A stretch of 64,000 bases of DNA from Acidimicrobiales bacterium (GTDB lineage Bacteria > Actinomycetota > Acidimicrobiia > Acidimicrobiales > RAAP-2), in contig JBEKCK010000001.1 of the NCBI GenBank assembly GCA_050014915.1, positions 38,126 to 102,125 on the forward strand. The letters are read 5' to 3'. Shown piece after piece: positions 56,886-64,000 of this stretch. How positions within the stretch are numbered: the first letter of the stretch is position 1; each line of letters opens with the position of its first letter. The notes under the pieces were generated by a model. The model was not told where the DNA came from and made no database searches. It worked only from the letters and a program-made list of their open reading frames with translations. Both the position numbers and the translations under genes were made by a program.

Positions 56886-57559
56886 CTGACGACCTCTCCG
56901 GTTTCGAGACGGTTCCCTTCGATCCGGCGTCGATGCCGACCTCGTCGCTGGGCATCACGAAGGCGGTGTGGTACCGGCGACCGTGGGTCCTCGCGACGTT
57001 GGCCCTGCTCGTGGTCGTGGCGATCTCGGTGGTGATCGACCTTCCCCGTCCGCTCACTCGAGCCCAGGACGTGGCCTCACAGAACGCGTCGATAAAGGAG
57101 ATCAACGCCGATCTCGCCGACTGCGCCTTCGCGGTGAACGAGTCGTTCCACATCTACAACCTTGACGTCGCCGGCACCTTGACCCCAGGGGACAGGTCCC
57201 AGGCGCCGACGCTTCTCACGGGCGACGAGACCGCGTGTTCGTTCGCGAGTGAGCCGGTCTACGACCTCACGAACAACCTCCAGGTCCAGGACACGAAGGC
57301 CGGACGACACATCGACCGCATGTTGAGCGTCGTGGAGCGTTGGATAACCGGCTACGCCCTGGCCTCGATCCGCGACATCCAGTACCTGTTCGAACATCCC
57401 GGCGACGCGGCGACGATTCGTCACCTTGCCACCGCGGAGAGCCAACTATCCACCGGTCGCGCCAAGGCGCTCAGCGACGAGGCGCTCGCCGAGCAGGTGC
57501 TCGGTCAGCGACTGTACGCCCTGAAGATCCCCACGCTGCCGCACCTGAGAGGAACTTAA
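56882..57559 (+). CDS. membrane-anchored protein of unknown function, translationally coupled to SCO
   Basis: GTG 56882 overlaps the SCO TGA (GTGA). Single TM helix (WVLATLALLVVVAISVVI) followed by a soluble domain of about 165 aa with two Cys. Confidence 0.55.
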   Translation: MTDDLSGFETVPFDPASMPTSSLGITKAVWYRRPWVLATLALLVVVAISVVIDLPRPLTRAQDVASQNASIKEINADLADCAFAVNESFHIYNLDVAGTLTPGDRSQAPTLLTGDETACSFASEPVYDLTNNLQVQDTKAGRHIDRMLSVVERWITGYALASIRDIQYLFEHPGDAATIRHLATAESQLSTGRAKALSDEALAEQVLGQRLYALKIPTLPHLRGT

Positions 57560-57605
57560 GTCGTGCCCGGTCGCGCGCGCCGTGGTCAAGTGACTTCGCG
57601 ATAGC

Positions 57606-58094
57606 GTGCCGCATATGAGACAGTCAGACCCCGATCGCGTGCACCCGACCATGGACGCCAACTCGGTCATTCGGTGGCTCATCGTCGCCATCGAGTACGC
57701 CATCGTGGCGAGCCTGATGCTGGTCGCCAGCATCGTCTTGGTGCGGTCGCTGGTCAACTTCTTGAGCCACTGGAACGAGTTCCCCCAGTCGGTCGTGTCG
57801 GCTATCGACGGCATCCTCGTCGTGATCATCCTGCTCGATATCGCCCACACCGTCTTCGGCCACCTACGGGCCTCGGTCTTTCCGGTGCGGCCCTTCCTCA
57901 TCATCGGGATTCTGGCCGGCGTTCGGGACATCTTGAGCTCCTCGGCCCACCTCGCCCTCAGTGGCACCCTCTCGTCGGTCGACTTTCGCGACACCATGAT
58001 CTCCCTGGGGGTCGGGGTCGGGGTCGTGGTGATCCTCTTGCTGGGACTGCTCATCCTGCGCTTCGCCGCCCTGCCCGGGGATGAGGACCGATAG
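57606..58094 (+). CDS. PsiE-like (phosphate-starvation-inducible E family) membrane protein
   Basis: Four-TM architecture with IDGILVVIILLDIAHTV ... FPVRPFLIIGILAGVRDIL, resembling PsiE as I recall it. Confidence 0.55.
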   Translation: MPHMRQSDPDRVHPTMDANSVIRWLIVAIEYAIVASLMLVASIVLVRSLVNFLSHWNEFPQSVVSAIDGILVVIILLDIAHTVFGHLRASVFPVRPFLIIGILAGVRDILSSSAHLALSGTLSSVDFRDTMISLGVGVGVVVILLLGLLILRFAALPGDEDR

Positions 58095-58128
58095 GGCGCC
58101 AAAACCTCGCCGACCGCTTGAGCGGCGA

Positions 58129-58950
58129 CTACGGATTCGTCCCGAAGAACCCCCGCGAGCGGTCGCGGCGCACGAGCTGGTAGAGCTCCTCGTCGGGATC
58201 GTCTTCGGACTGCAGCCATCGATTGAGGTTGGCGAAGATGATCGGCATGAACGCGCTCGCCGAGATGAACCACATGAGACCGGTCGTGACCTGTTGGTCG
58301 ATCGCGAGCGAGAACAGCCGCCCTGACACGTGGCGGAAGCCCGAGTACCACGAGTTCGGGGACATGGCCATGAGATAGGCGATCACCCACACCGTCCACA
58401 TGGCGATCGCCGAGACGCCGATGCGATACGGGCGCGGCGTGGTCGGTCGAAACGGCGCCGACTCCACCAACTCGAGCCAGAGGAACGACCCACCGAGGAC
58501 CAGCGTCAGCGATTCGATGACCGAGATCCACGGATGACGCACCAGGGCGTCCACCACGGGCGCCGATCGCCAGAGGATCGACTGACCCACGAAGACGATG
58601 AGGAGAAGGACGACGCGACGGTACCCGCTGTTCGACGTCCGGCCCTGCGCCCAGCGATCGAGGAGACGGGGGTTCGCCGGCGAGATCCGCCGACCGTCGG
58701 CGTCGACGCTGAATGGCTCGTTCGCGGTCAACTTCAACCACCGCCACGGGCCACCCACCACCAGCAGCGCTGGAACCACGACCGCGAAAAGGCAGAACTG
58801 CGTCGCCTGGACGAACTCGTACTCGCCGGTCAACGTGAGCACGGGCGGCGTCAACGCCACCAACCACAGGGCGAAAGCGCTACAGGCGAGGAGATCGTGG
58901 AAGAGGACGCGCTGGGGCGAGAGCTGCGGACGAATCGTCTCCGGGGTCAC
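58129..58950 (-). CDS. Caa3_CtaG-family paralog lacking the HxxxH motif
   Basis: Aligns by eye block-for-block with 53677-54618: EFVQATQFCLFAVVVPALLVVGGP vs YFWVHMIQHVTVMLAAPALYVAGAP, and DQQVTTGLMWFISA vs DQQIGAAILWVCGD. GTG start. Confidence 0.65.
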   Translation of the reverse strand: MTPETIRPQLSPQRVLFHDLLACSAFALWLVALTPPVLTLTGEYEFVQATQFCLFAVVVPALLVVGGPWRWLKLTANEPFSVDADGRRISPANPRLLDRWAQGRTSNSGYRRVVLLLIVFVGQSILWRSAPVVDALVRHPWISVIESLTLVLGGSFLWLELVESAPFRPTTPRPYRIGVSAIAMWTVWVIAYLMAMSPNSWYSGFRHVSGRLFSLAIDQQVTTGLMWFISASAFMPIIFANLNRWLQSEDDPDEELYQLVRRDRSRGFFGTNP

Positions 58951-59060
58951 TCCGGGCGATGACGCTGGAAGAATCCCCAGATGATGACGACGAACAACGT
59001 GCCCAAGAGAATCACCATTGTCTCGATCTGAGGGCCGATGAAGCTATCTCCGCCTGGCAT
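58947..59060 (-). CDS. unannotated small ORF (37 aa, single TM): MPGGDSFIGPQIETMVILLGTLFVVIIWGFFQRHRPE
   Basis: ATG 59060 lies 4 nt after GAGGTGGA. Its TGA (58947-58949) overlaps the GTG start of the ctaG paralog (GTGA). It sits between ctaE and that paralog. Too short for the ORF track. Confidence 0.5.
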   Translation of the reverse strand: MPGGDSFIGPQIETMVILLGTLFVVIIWGFFQRHRPE

Positions 59061-59133
59061 CACATCCACCTCAACTCTCGTTCGTCAACTAGGACCTCGT
59101 CGAACACCCTATGACTCCTCCGTCGATTCGTCA

Positions 59134-59790
59134 TCACAGCAGGTAAAACATCGCGAACAACAGCGTGCTGGCGAGGGCCACGAAGCCCAGGAAGTACGTC
59201 ATCGACGCCACGTTCGCGCGGAACGCCTGCGCCGAGGGATGCGTCGAGAGTTGGAGGTCGACGCCACTCAACTCCTTCTTCATTCGGTGTGAACGCGCGA
59301 CCGTGGTCTCGAGCCAATAGGCCACGATGAGGATCGTGATGATGTTGATCACCGAGTAGCCGATGAACGTCGAGGCGTAGCCGCTCGAACCGGGGTAGAA
59401 CGGCACCGCGGTGAACTCATAGATCTGCAGGAAGAGGGCGAGCAGCGCGGACACGACCCCGACCCAGATCGCCGTCTGCCACTCGAACACGCTGCCCTTG
59501 CGCAGACGGACCTGTCCGAAGGTGGCCATCAGCGCACACAGCAGCGTCAAGGAGTAGATGGACCAGCCGTAGGCGGTCGGGGCGGTGATGTGATCCGGTC
59601 GCCACAGCAGTCCATTGTTGCTGGAGCGAAGGTAGAAGTAGCTGAAGGCGAGTGACGCGAGCAAGAACGTGTACATACCGATGAACAGTCGGCCGCCGCT
59701 CCATATCGCGCCGATATGCGCGCGCAGTTCGAACTCGCGCTCTTCGGGGGTATCACTCATCTTGGATTCGTCCTTGATCATGTCCGTCAT
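59134..59790 (-). CDS. ctaE: cytochrome c oxidase subunit III
   Basis: 218 codons from ATG 59790 (MTDMIKD), 4 nt after the ctaD stop. Five-TM heme-copper-oxidase subunit III-like sequence immediately downstream of ctaD. Confidence 0.75.
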   Translation of the reverse strand: MTDMIKDESKMSDTPEEREFELRAHIGAIWSGGRLFIGMYTFLLASLAFSYFYLRSSNNGLLWRPDHITAPTAYGWSIYSLTLLCALMATFGQVRLRKGSVFEWQTAIWVGVVSALLALFLQIYEFTAVPFYPGSSGYASTFIGYSVINIITILIVAYWLETTVARSHRMKKELSGVDLQLSTHPSAQAFRANVASMTYFLGFVALASTLLFAMFYLL

Positions 59791-59794
59791 GTCG

Positions 59795-61756
59795 TTACTC
59801 TCTACTCGCCGGGTCGGGACTGGGGGCAACGGAACTGCTGGCGTGCACCGGTTGTGGTACCCCGAAGTCGGCCAGGTCCGGTGCACCAACTTCGCTGTAG
59901 TGATACGGGTCGGTCATGATGACCGGGATCCGCTCGAAGTTGTAGGGCGGAATCGGCGACGCGGTCTGCCATTCGAGGCCGAGGGAGTCCCATGGGTTGG
60001 CCGGGGACTTCTCCGGGGCGATGAACTGGGACCACATCAGGTTGGCCACGAAGATGAGGAACGAGGCCCCCAGGCAGAACGCCGCGATCGACGAGAAGTC
60101 GTTCAGGGTCTGGAGGTTCCGGGCGTAGGTGAAGACACGGCGCGGTTGACCGAGGAGCCCGATGACGAACATCGGGAAGAACGTCAGGTTGAAGAAGACG
60201 AACATGGTCCAGAAGTGCCAGAGTCCCAACTTCTTGTTCATCTTGCGCCCGGTCATCTTCGGCAGCCAGAAGTACAGCCCGGCGAAGAACGCGAAGATGA
60301 GTCCGCCCATGATCGTGTAATGGAAGTGCGAGAGCACGAAGAAGCCCCCGTGCACCGTCACGTTCACCGGGACGTCGGACAGGAACACGCCGGAGATCCC
60401 GCCGATGAGGAAGTTGAAGTACACGGCCATGCAGAACAACATGGGCACTTCATATCTGATCTTCGCTTTATACAACGTGCCCATTCCCACCAAGAAGATG
60501 AACCCGGTCGGGATCGAGATCAACTCGGTCGTGAGCATGAAGAGCGGACGCATGTCCGGGTCGATGCCGCTCTGGAAGAGGTGGTGCTGCCAGACGAAGA
60601 ACGACAGCAGGGCCACGCCGATCATCCCGGCCGCGGCGATGCGGTACGCGAAGAGGGGCTTTCGACAGAAGACCGGGATGATCTCGCCGACGATCCCGAA
60701 TCCCGGGAGCGCCATTATGTAGACCTCGGGATGGCCGAAGAACCAGAACAGGTTCTCCCACAGGTACGAGCTCCCGCCGTGCTCGGTGACGTAGAACGCC
60801 GTCTGCGCGGTCTTATCGAGCAGCCCGAAGAGACCGGCCGCCAAGAGCACCGGCGACGCCAGGGTTAGTAGCGCCGCCGTGGCGATGATGGACCAGACGA
60901 AGATCGGCACCCGGCTCCAGGTCATCCCGGGCGCGCGGTAGTTGATGATCGTCACCGCCAGGTTGAAGCCGGCCGTCATCATTCCGATGCTGATGACGGC
61001 GAAGCCGAAGAGATAGGACACCATGCCTGGGCCGGCCTGTGTCTGGAGGGGCGCGTAGCCCGTCCAGCCCGTCGGGAACCCCCCGTAGATCAACGCCGAA
61101 AAGATGACGAAGTAGCCCGCGACGAAGGTCCAGAGACTAAAGGCTTCGATGCGCGGGAACGCCATGCGACGCGAACCGATCATCAGGGGGACGAAGTAGT
61201 TTCCGAGCGGTCCCACCACGATCGACGACGCCATCATCATCATGATCGTGCCGTGCTCACTCACGATCTTGATGTAGGTGTCGGCGCTGAAGACGTGCAC
61301 CGTCGGATTCAACAGCTCGGTGCGGATGGCCATCGCCAGTAGTCCGCCCGTGAAGAAGAAGACCAGTACCCCGACCACGTACTGGATGCCGACGACCTTG
61401 TGGTCGAGGTTGAAGCGGAAGTACCGCGTCCAACCGTGGTACTCGACCTCACCCTTGGCCTCACGGCCGAAGATCTTGGCGATCGGATAGTTGAGAGCAC
61501 CGATGCCGAGCAGCCAACCGATGACCATGCCCAGTAGTGCCAGGAGGTCGGCGAGCGAACTCTGGCCGCTGTTCGCGATGTAGGGGTACGCGCCACCTAG
61601 GAAGTTGCCGAACCAGTGTCCCAGTATGTAACCGAGGAAACCGCAGATAACTGCGGTGCCGATGTGCTGGCTCAACCACCCGCCCTGGCCCTTGCGCGGT
61701 TGGATGAATGCCGGAGGCTCCGGGGCCTCGACGTCCGCTTCAACGCTGGTGGTCAT
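59795..61756 (-). CDS. ctaD: cytochrome c oxidase subunit I
   Basis: Hallmarks DHKVVGIQY, WFFGHPEVYIMALPGFG, HHLF and VLSHFHYT. GGAG RBS 8 nt upstream of ATG 61756. Unusually long N-terminus. Confidence 0.95.
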   Translation of the reverse strand: MTTSVEADVEAPEPPAFIQPRKGQGGWLSQHIGTAVICGFLGYILGHWFGNFLGGAYPYIANSGQSSLADLLALLGMVIGWLLGIGALNYPIAKIFGREAKGEVEYHGWTRYFRFNLDHKVVGIQYVVGVLVFFFTGGLLAMAIRTELLNPTVHVFSADTYIKIVSEHGTIMMMMASSIVVGPLGNYFVPLMIGSRRMAFPRIEAFSLWTFVAGYFVIFSALIYGGFPTGWTGYAPLQTQAGPGMVSYLFGFAVISIGMMTAGFNLAVTIINYRAPGMTWSRVPIFVWSIIATAALLTLASPVLLAAGLFGLLDKTAQTAFYVTEHGGSSYLWENLFWFFGHPEVYIMALPGFGIVGEIIPVFCRKPLFAYRIAAAGMIGVALLSFFVWQHHLFQSGIDPDMRPLFMLTTELISIPTGFIFLVGMGTLYKAKIRYEVPMLFCMAVYFNFLIGGISGVFLSDVPVNVTVHGGFFVLSHFHYTIMGGLIFAFFAGLYFWLPKMTGRKMNKKLGLWHFWTMFVFFNLTFFPMFVIGLLGQPRRVFTYARNLQTLNDFSSIAAFCLGASFLIFVANLMWSQFIAPEKSPANPWDSLGLEWQTASPIPPYNFERIPVIMTDPYHYSEVGAPDLADFGVPQPVHASSSVAPSPDPASRE

Positions 61757-61814
61757 AGCGCGATCTCCGTTTCTGTGCTCCGGTACTTCAACGTTGAGGT
61801 TCGACCGTTATTCG

Positions 61815-62804
61815 TCATGAGGGCTGCTTCGATCCGTAGATCTCGACCGTGCTGTAGGGCGTCACGTTGCCGTCGGGGTAGTAGCCGCCCGCCGCGCCGT
61901 TGGCGTCCGGTACGTAAGTCCACGCGAAGGGTGGCAGGTCCTTGGTGTTCGCGGCGTTCTTGGACTCGGTCGACGTCGCCCAGGTCATGAACGCCGACTC
62001 CGAGATCACCTTGCCCGGGTTGAACATCGCCCCGTGCCAGATGCCGCACAACTCACTGCAACGAACCTCGAAGTTGCCGAGTTGCTCGGTCTTGGTGAAG
62101 GCGACGTTGTTCTCAAGGGGGTTGGCGTCGGCCTTGACCTCGAGTTGGTAGGCCCAGAAACTGTGGATGACGTCGAGCGAGGTCACGTTGAACGCGATCT
62201 CGGTGTCGTTGGGGAGGATCAGGTCCGGCGACTCGAAGCCTCCGAAGGTCGGGTACCGATAGGTGAACTTCCACTGTTGGGCGATGACCTGGACGGGGAG
62301 TACCTCGTTGCTATTGGGTGACCACGTCCCGGTGCCCGCGATGGCGTCCGTCTCGGCCTTCACGGCCCCGGCGGGCTGGAGGATCGGGTTCGGTCCTTCA
62401 CCACTGCCCGAACCGTTACCGACGTAGAGCTCGATGGTGCCGTATATCGCGAGGAACAGCACCACCACCGTGGTGATCACGATCCAGGAGACCTCGGTCC
62501 TCTTGTTGCCGGCCGCGATCGGTCCGCCCACCGACTCGGGCATGTCCTTGCGCCTCGAGTTCCACATGATCGCGGCGTAGAGCAACCACTCAAACACGCC
62601 GATCATGACGGGCAGTGCGATCACCATAAGGACGTTGAAGTCCAATTGGTTGTCCTTCGCTGAGGTGGTCATGCGCCCCGGAGGAACGTGCGGGCCCACC
62701 GCGAACCAGAACACGAGGTCGAGGACCACCGAGAGGATGATCCAAATGATGACGATGCGGCGAAAGTGATTCTCTTCGGTTGCGACTGCGTTCTCTGTCG
62801 ACAT
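61815..62804 (-). CDS. ctaC: cytochrome c oxidase subunit II (CuA subunit, no fused cytochrome c)
   Basis: CuA ligands HSFW ... CSELCGIWHGAM. Start at ATG 62804 (MSTENAV), 2 nt after the upstream TAA; the track ORF extends to 62903. Confidence 0.9.
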   Translation of the reverse strand: MSTENAVATEENHFRRIVIIWIILSVVLDLVFWFAVGPHVPPGRMTTSAKDNQLDFNVLMVIALPVMIGVFEWLLYAAIMWNSRRKDMPESVGGPIAAGNKRTEVSWIVITTVVVLFLAIYGTIELYVGNGSGSGEGPNPILQPAGAVKAETDAIAGTGTWSPNSNEVLPVQVIAQQWKFTYRYPTFGGFESPDLILPNDTEIAFNVTSLDVIHSFWAYQLEVKADANPLENNVAFTKTEQLGNFEVRCSELCGIWHGAMFNPGKVISESAFMTWATSTESKNAANTKDLPPFAWTYVPDANGAAGGYYPDGNVTPYSTVEIYGSKQPS

Positions 62805-62806
62805 GA

Positions 62807-63484
62807 TTAGCTCACCACGTCCAGTTCGCCACCCATGTAGTTCTGTGTCGACATCGGCCCCCCATTTCCGAATAAGTAACCGAGGCCACACGGCACGAAG
62901 CACTGCCAGTTGTAACTACCCGGACCAGGTGTTTTGAAGCTGAACTTCTCGATGTTGTGCGGCGAGTTGAAGTGGCACGGTGCCACGGCGCAGGGGTTGC
63001 CCGTCACGCCTACCAGGGGGACGCTGAGGTTGAGCGTCGGGATAGCGAACGTGTGTCCCACGCCTCCGCCGGTGTACGAGTCGTACTGACTGAAGCTCTT
63101 GCCATTGAGCGTTGCGGTCCCACCAATGGTCCCCTGCACTTGACCCCACTCCTGATTGCGCAAAGGGCTGCCACTGTCGTACTGGTACACGGTCATGTCG
63201 ATCACCGTGTGGGCCGGAAGTTCAAACGTCGTGGAGTGCTGCCACTTCCCGGTCGTCGGGTTCTTAACGAGGTACGAAACCCACGTGGGGTGGGCGCCGA
63301 AACCAATCGATCCGACCGTCTGGACCGTCAGGTCCACCGGTTGGCCCGACGCATGGTCACTCGTGAAGTTGACGACGCCGCCGGGAACGCCGGGATTCAA
63401 AAGTCCGGCCACGGCCCACACCACCAGACCAACGACAACCAGGAACAGTCCGAAAACCGTCGCCAGTCTCCCCCCCTTGGTCAT
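62807..63484 (-). CDS. membrane-anchored CoxB-like cupredoxin-domain protein with degenerate CuA site
   Basis: Strong RBS AAGGAG. N-terminal TM anchor. HTFAIPTLNL ... YNWQCFVPCGLGY ... M parallels the CtaC blocks HSFWAYQLEV ... CSELCGIWH..M. First gene of the cta operon. Confidence 0.6.
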   Translation of the reverse strand: MTKGGRLATVFGLFLVVVGLVVWAVAGLLNPGVPGGVVNFTSDHASGQPVDLTVQTVGSIGFGAHPTWVSYLVKNPTTGKWQHSTTFELPAHTVIDMTVYQYDSGSPLRNQEWGQVQGTIGGTATLNGKSFSQYDSYTGGGVGHTFAIPTLNLSVPLVGVTGNPCAVAPCHFNSPHNIEKFSFKTPGPGSYNWQCFVPCGLGYLFGNGGPMSTQNYMGGELDVVS

Positions 63485-63530
63485 AACCCACTCCTTGTTA
63501 CAGGGTGCCCCTGGTGGACTCCGCCCCTAG

Positions 63531-63557
63531 ATTATCCACAACCATCGATTTTGTGAA
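63531..63557 (-). promoter_or_regulatory. putative promoter of the cta operon
   Basis: On the minus strand: TTCACA (63557-63552), 15-nt spacer, GATAAT (63536-63531), about 45 nt upstream of the start codon. The spacer is short, so this is only a candidate. Confidence 0.25.
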
Positions 63558-63578
63558 GACTTGACGACTGAAACATAA

Positions 63579-63597
63579 GTGAATTCTTGGGATTCAC
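63579..63597. promoter_or_regulatory. inverted repeat GTGAAT-N7-ATTCAC upstream of the cta operon
   Basis: Perfect 6-bp arms in the AT-rich leader, 95-113 bp upstream of the first cta-operon start codon. Confidence 0.3.
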
Positions 63598-63799
63598 AGA
63601 GAGTTCCAAGTCGTCCGTCAAGAACAACGAGCGAACTTCTGTGCCGAAATCCCGTGACATGGCTCAACGAGGTCAAATTAACGTGCGAACGATAAAAGGA
63701 AGCCCATTGCTCCTGGTCATCGTGATAGGGCAACGCACGTAGGCGAGCAACGTTCGTTCGGCTGACACGAACCGTGGCGGCGTCGAAAGCGACATTCGT

Positions 63800-64000
63800 T
63801 TACCGAAGTGTTGGACACGATTCTGTCGTCCCCGACTTCGTTGCGCTAGTTATCGGATCATCAGGGATCACCCATTTCACGAGGTGTTTCGAGTTAATGA
63901 TGAACATGTAGTCCGAGTGGATGCTCATCGCGTCCGATTTGGTCATGGTGACACCAATTCCGTAGTCGGCCCATACCTTTCGAACGGCCGACAGTTGGCC
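63800..64000 (-). CDS. 3' end of a second SCO/thioredoxin-like gene (partial, runs off the window)
   Basis: Minus-strand frame reads ...LSAVRKVWADYGIGVTMTKSDAMSIHSDYMFIINSKHLVKWVIPDD... and ends at TAA 63800-63802. It parallels LNRVWSAYGVRIDVGAKRDQVSHNNVLYFIGPNGNL of the SCO protein at 55986-56885. Absent from the track because its start lies outside the window. Confidence 0.5.
   Translation of the reverse strand, partial: GQLSAVRKVWADYGIGVTMTKSDAMSIHSDYMFIINSKHLVKWVIPDDPITSATKSGTTESCPTLR

Noticed and set aside
58107-58128. 6-bp stem hairpin TCGCCG-N10-CGGCGA between the convergent PsiE-like and ctaG-like genes.
   Set aside because: The stem is short, the loop is large and there is no U-tract on either strand. 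This is not sufficient to call a terminator.
57446-58867. 473-codon minus-strand ORF spanning the PsiE-like gene and the ctaG paralog.
   Set aside because: It has low-complexity Arg/Pro/Gly-rich sequence. It is an alternate frame of a membrane-protein gene that aligns with the other CtaG copy.
59669-60868. 399-codon plus-strand ORF.
   Set aside because: It is antisense to ctaD, whose identity is unambiguous, and its charged Arg/Glu/Asp/His-rich composition is typical of antisense frames.
63527-63733. 68-codon minus-strand ORF in the cta upstream region.
   Set aside because: It has a TTG start without an RBS, lies in AT-rich sequence, has no hydrophobic or motif content, and overlaps the candidate promoter and dyad.

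Overview
High-GC (about 63% in the coding stretches I hand-counted), gene-dense chromosomal segment that looks Actinomycetota-like, possibly Acidimicrobiia; this taxonomy is inferred only from gene content and style. I support about 60 protein-coding genes and recognised no rRNA, tRNA, CRISPR array, transposase or integrase. Most of the long ORFs in the track are antisense or alternate-frame shadows typical of GC-rich DNA. Gene order from the left: putA and an isocitrate/isopropylmalate-dehydrogenase-family gene; a LacI-controlled sugar or cyclitol locus (TIM-barrel isomerase, Gfo/Idh/MocA oxidoreductase, ABC importer, MsiK-like ATPase); a DUF429/methyltransferase pair; DoxX; a Cys/Met PLP enzyme; PadR; a myo-inositol catabolic regulon (iolC, class I aldolase, iolB, iolD and an MFS gene, divergent from a GntR regulator, a second ABC importer, an IolE-like dehydratase and two oxidoreductases); a DrrABC-like exporter with an amidase and an esterase; a 2-oxoacid dehydrogenase E2 divergent from E1 alpha/beta; and a catabolic island of unknown substrate (XRE-cupin regulator, bicupin, atypical SDR, amidohydrolase, RbsBAC-like importer, M24-fold protein). 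The last 13 kb is a respiratory and copper-assembly region: ctaC-ctaD-ctaE, two Caa3_CtaG paralogs, SCO proteins and several uncharacterised membrane proteins. The most interesting signals are in that last region. First, a translationally coupled three-gene module encodes a b6-type cytochrome b plus a subunit-IV-like protein with a large extracytoplasmic insertion, and no Rieske or c-type cytochrome partner is visible. Second, a membrane-anchored CoxB-like cupredoxin with a degenerate CuA site and an inserted CX4CH motif heads the cta operon. Third, ctaD carries a two-helix N-terminal extension, and an unannotated 37-codon ORF is coupled to a His-less ctaG paralog. Every functional call rests on motif and architecture recognition by eye; no database search was possible.
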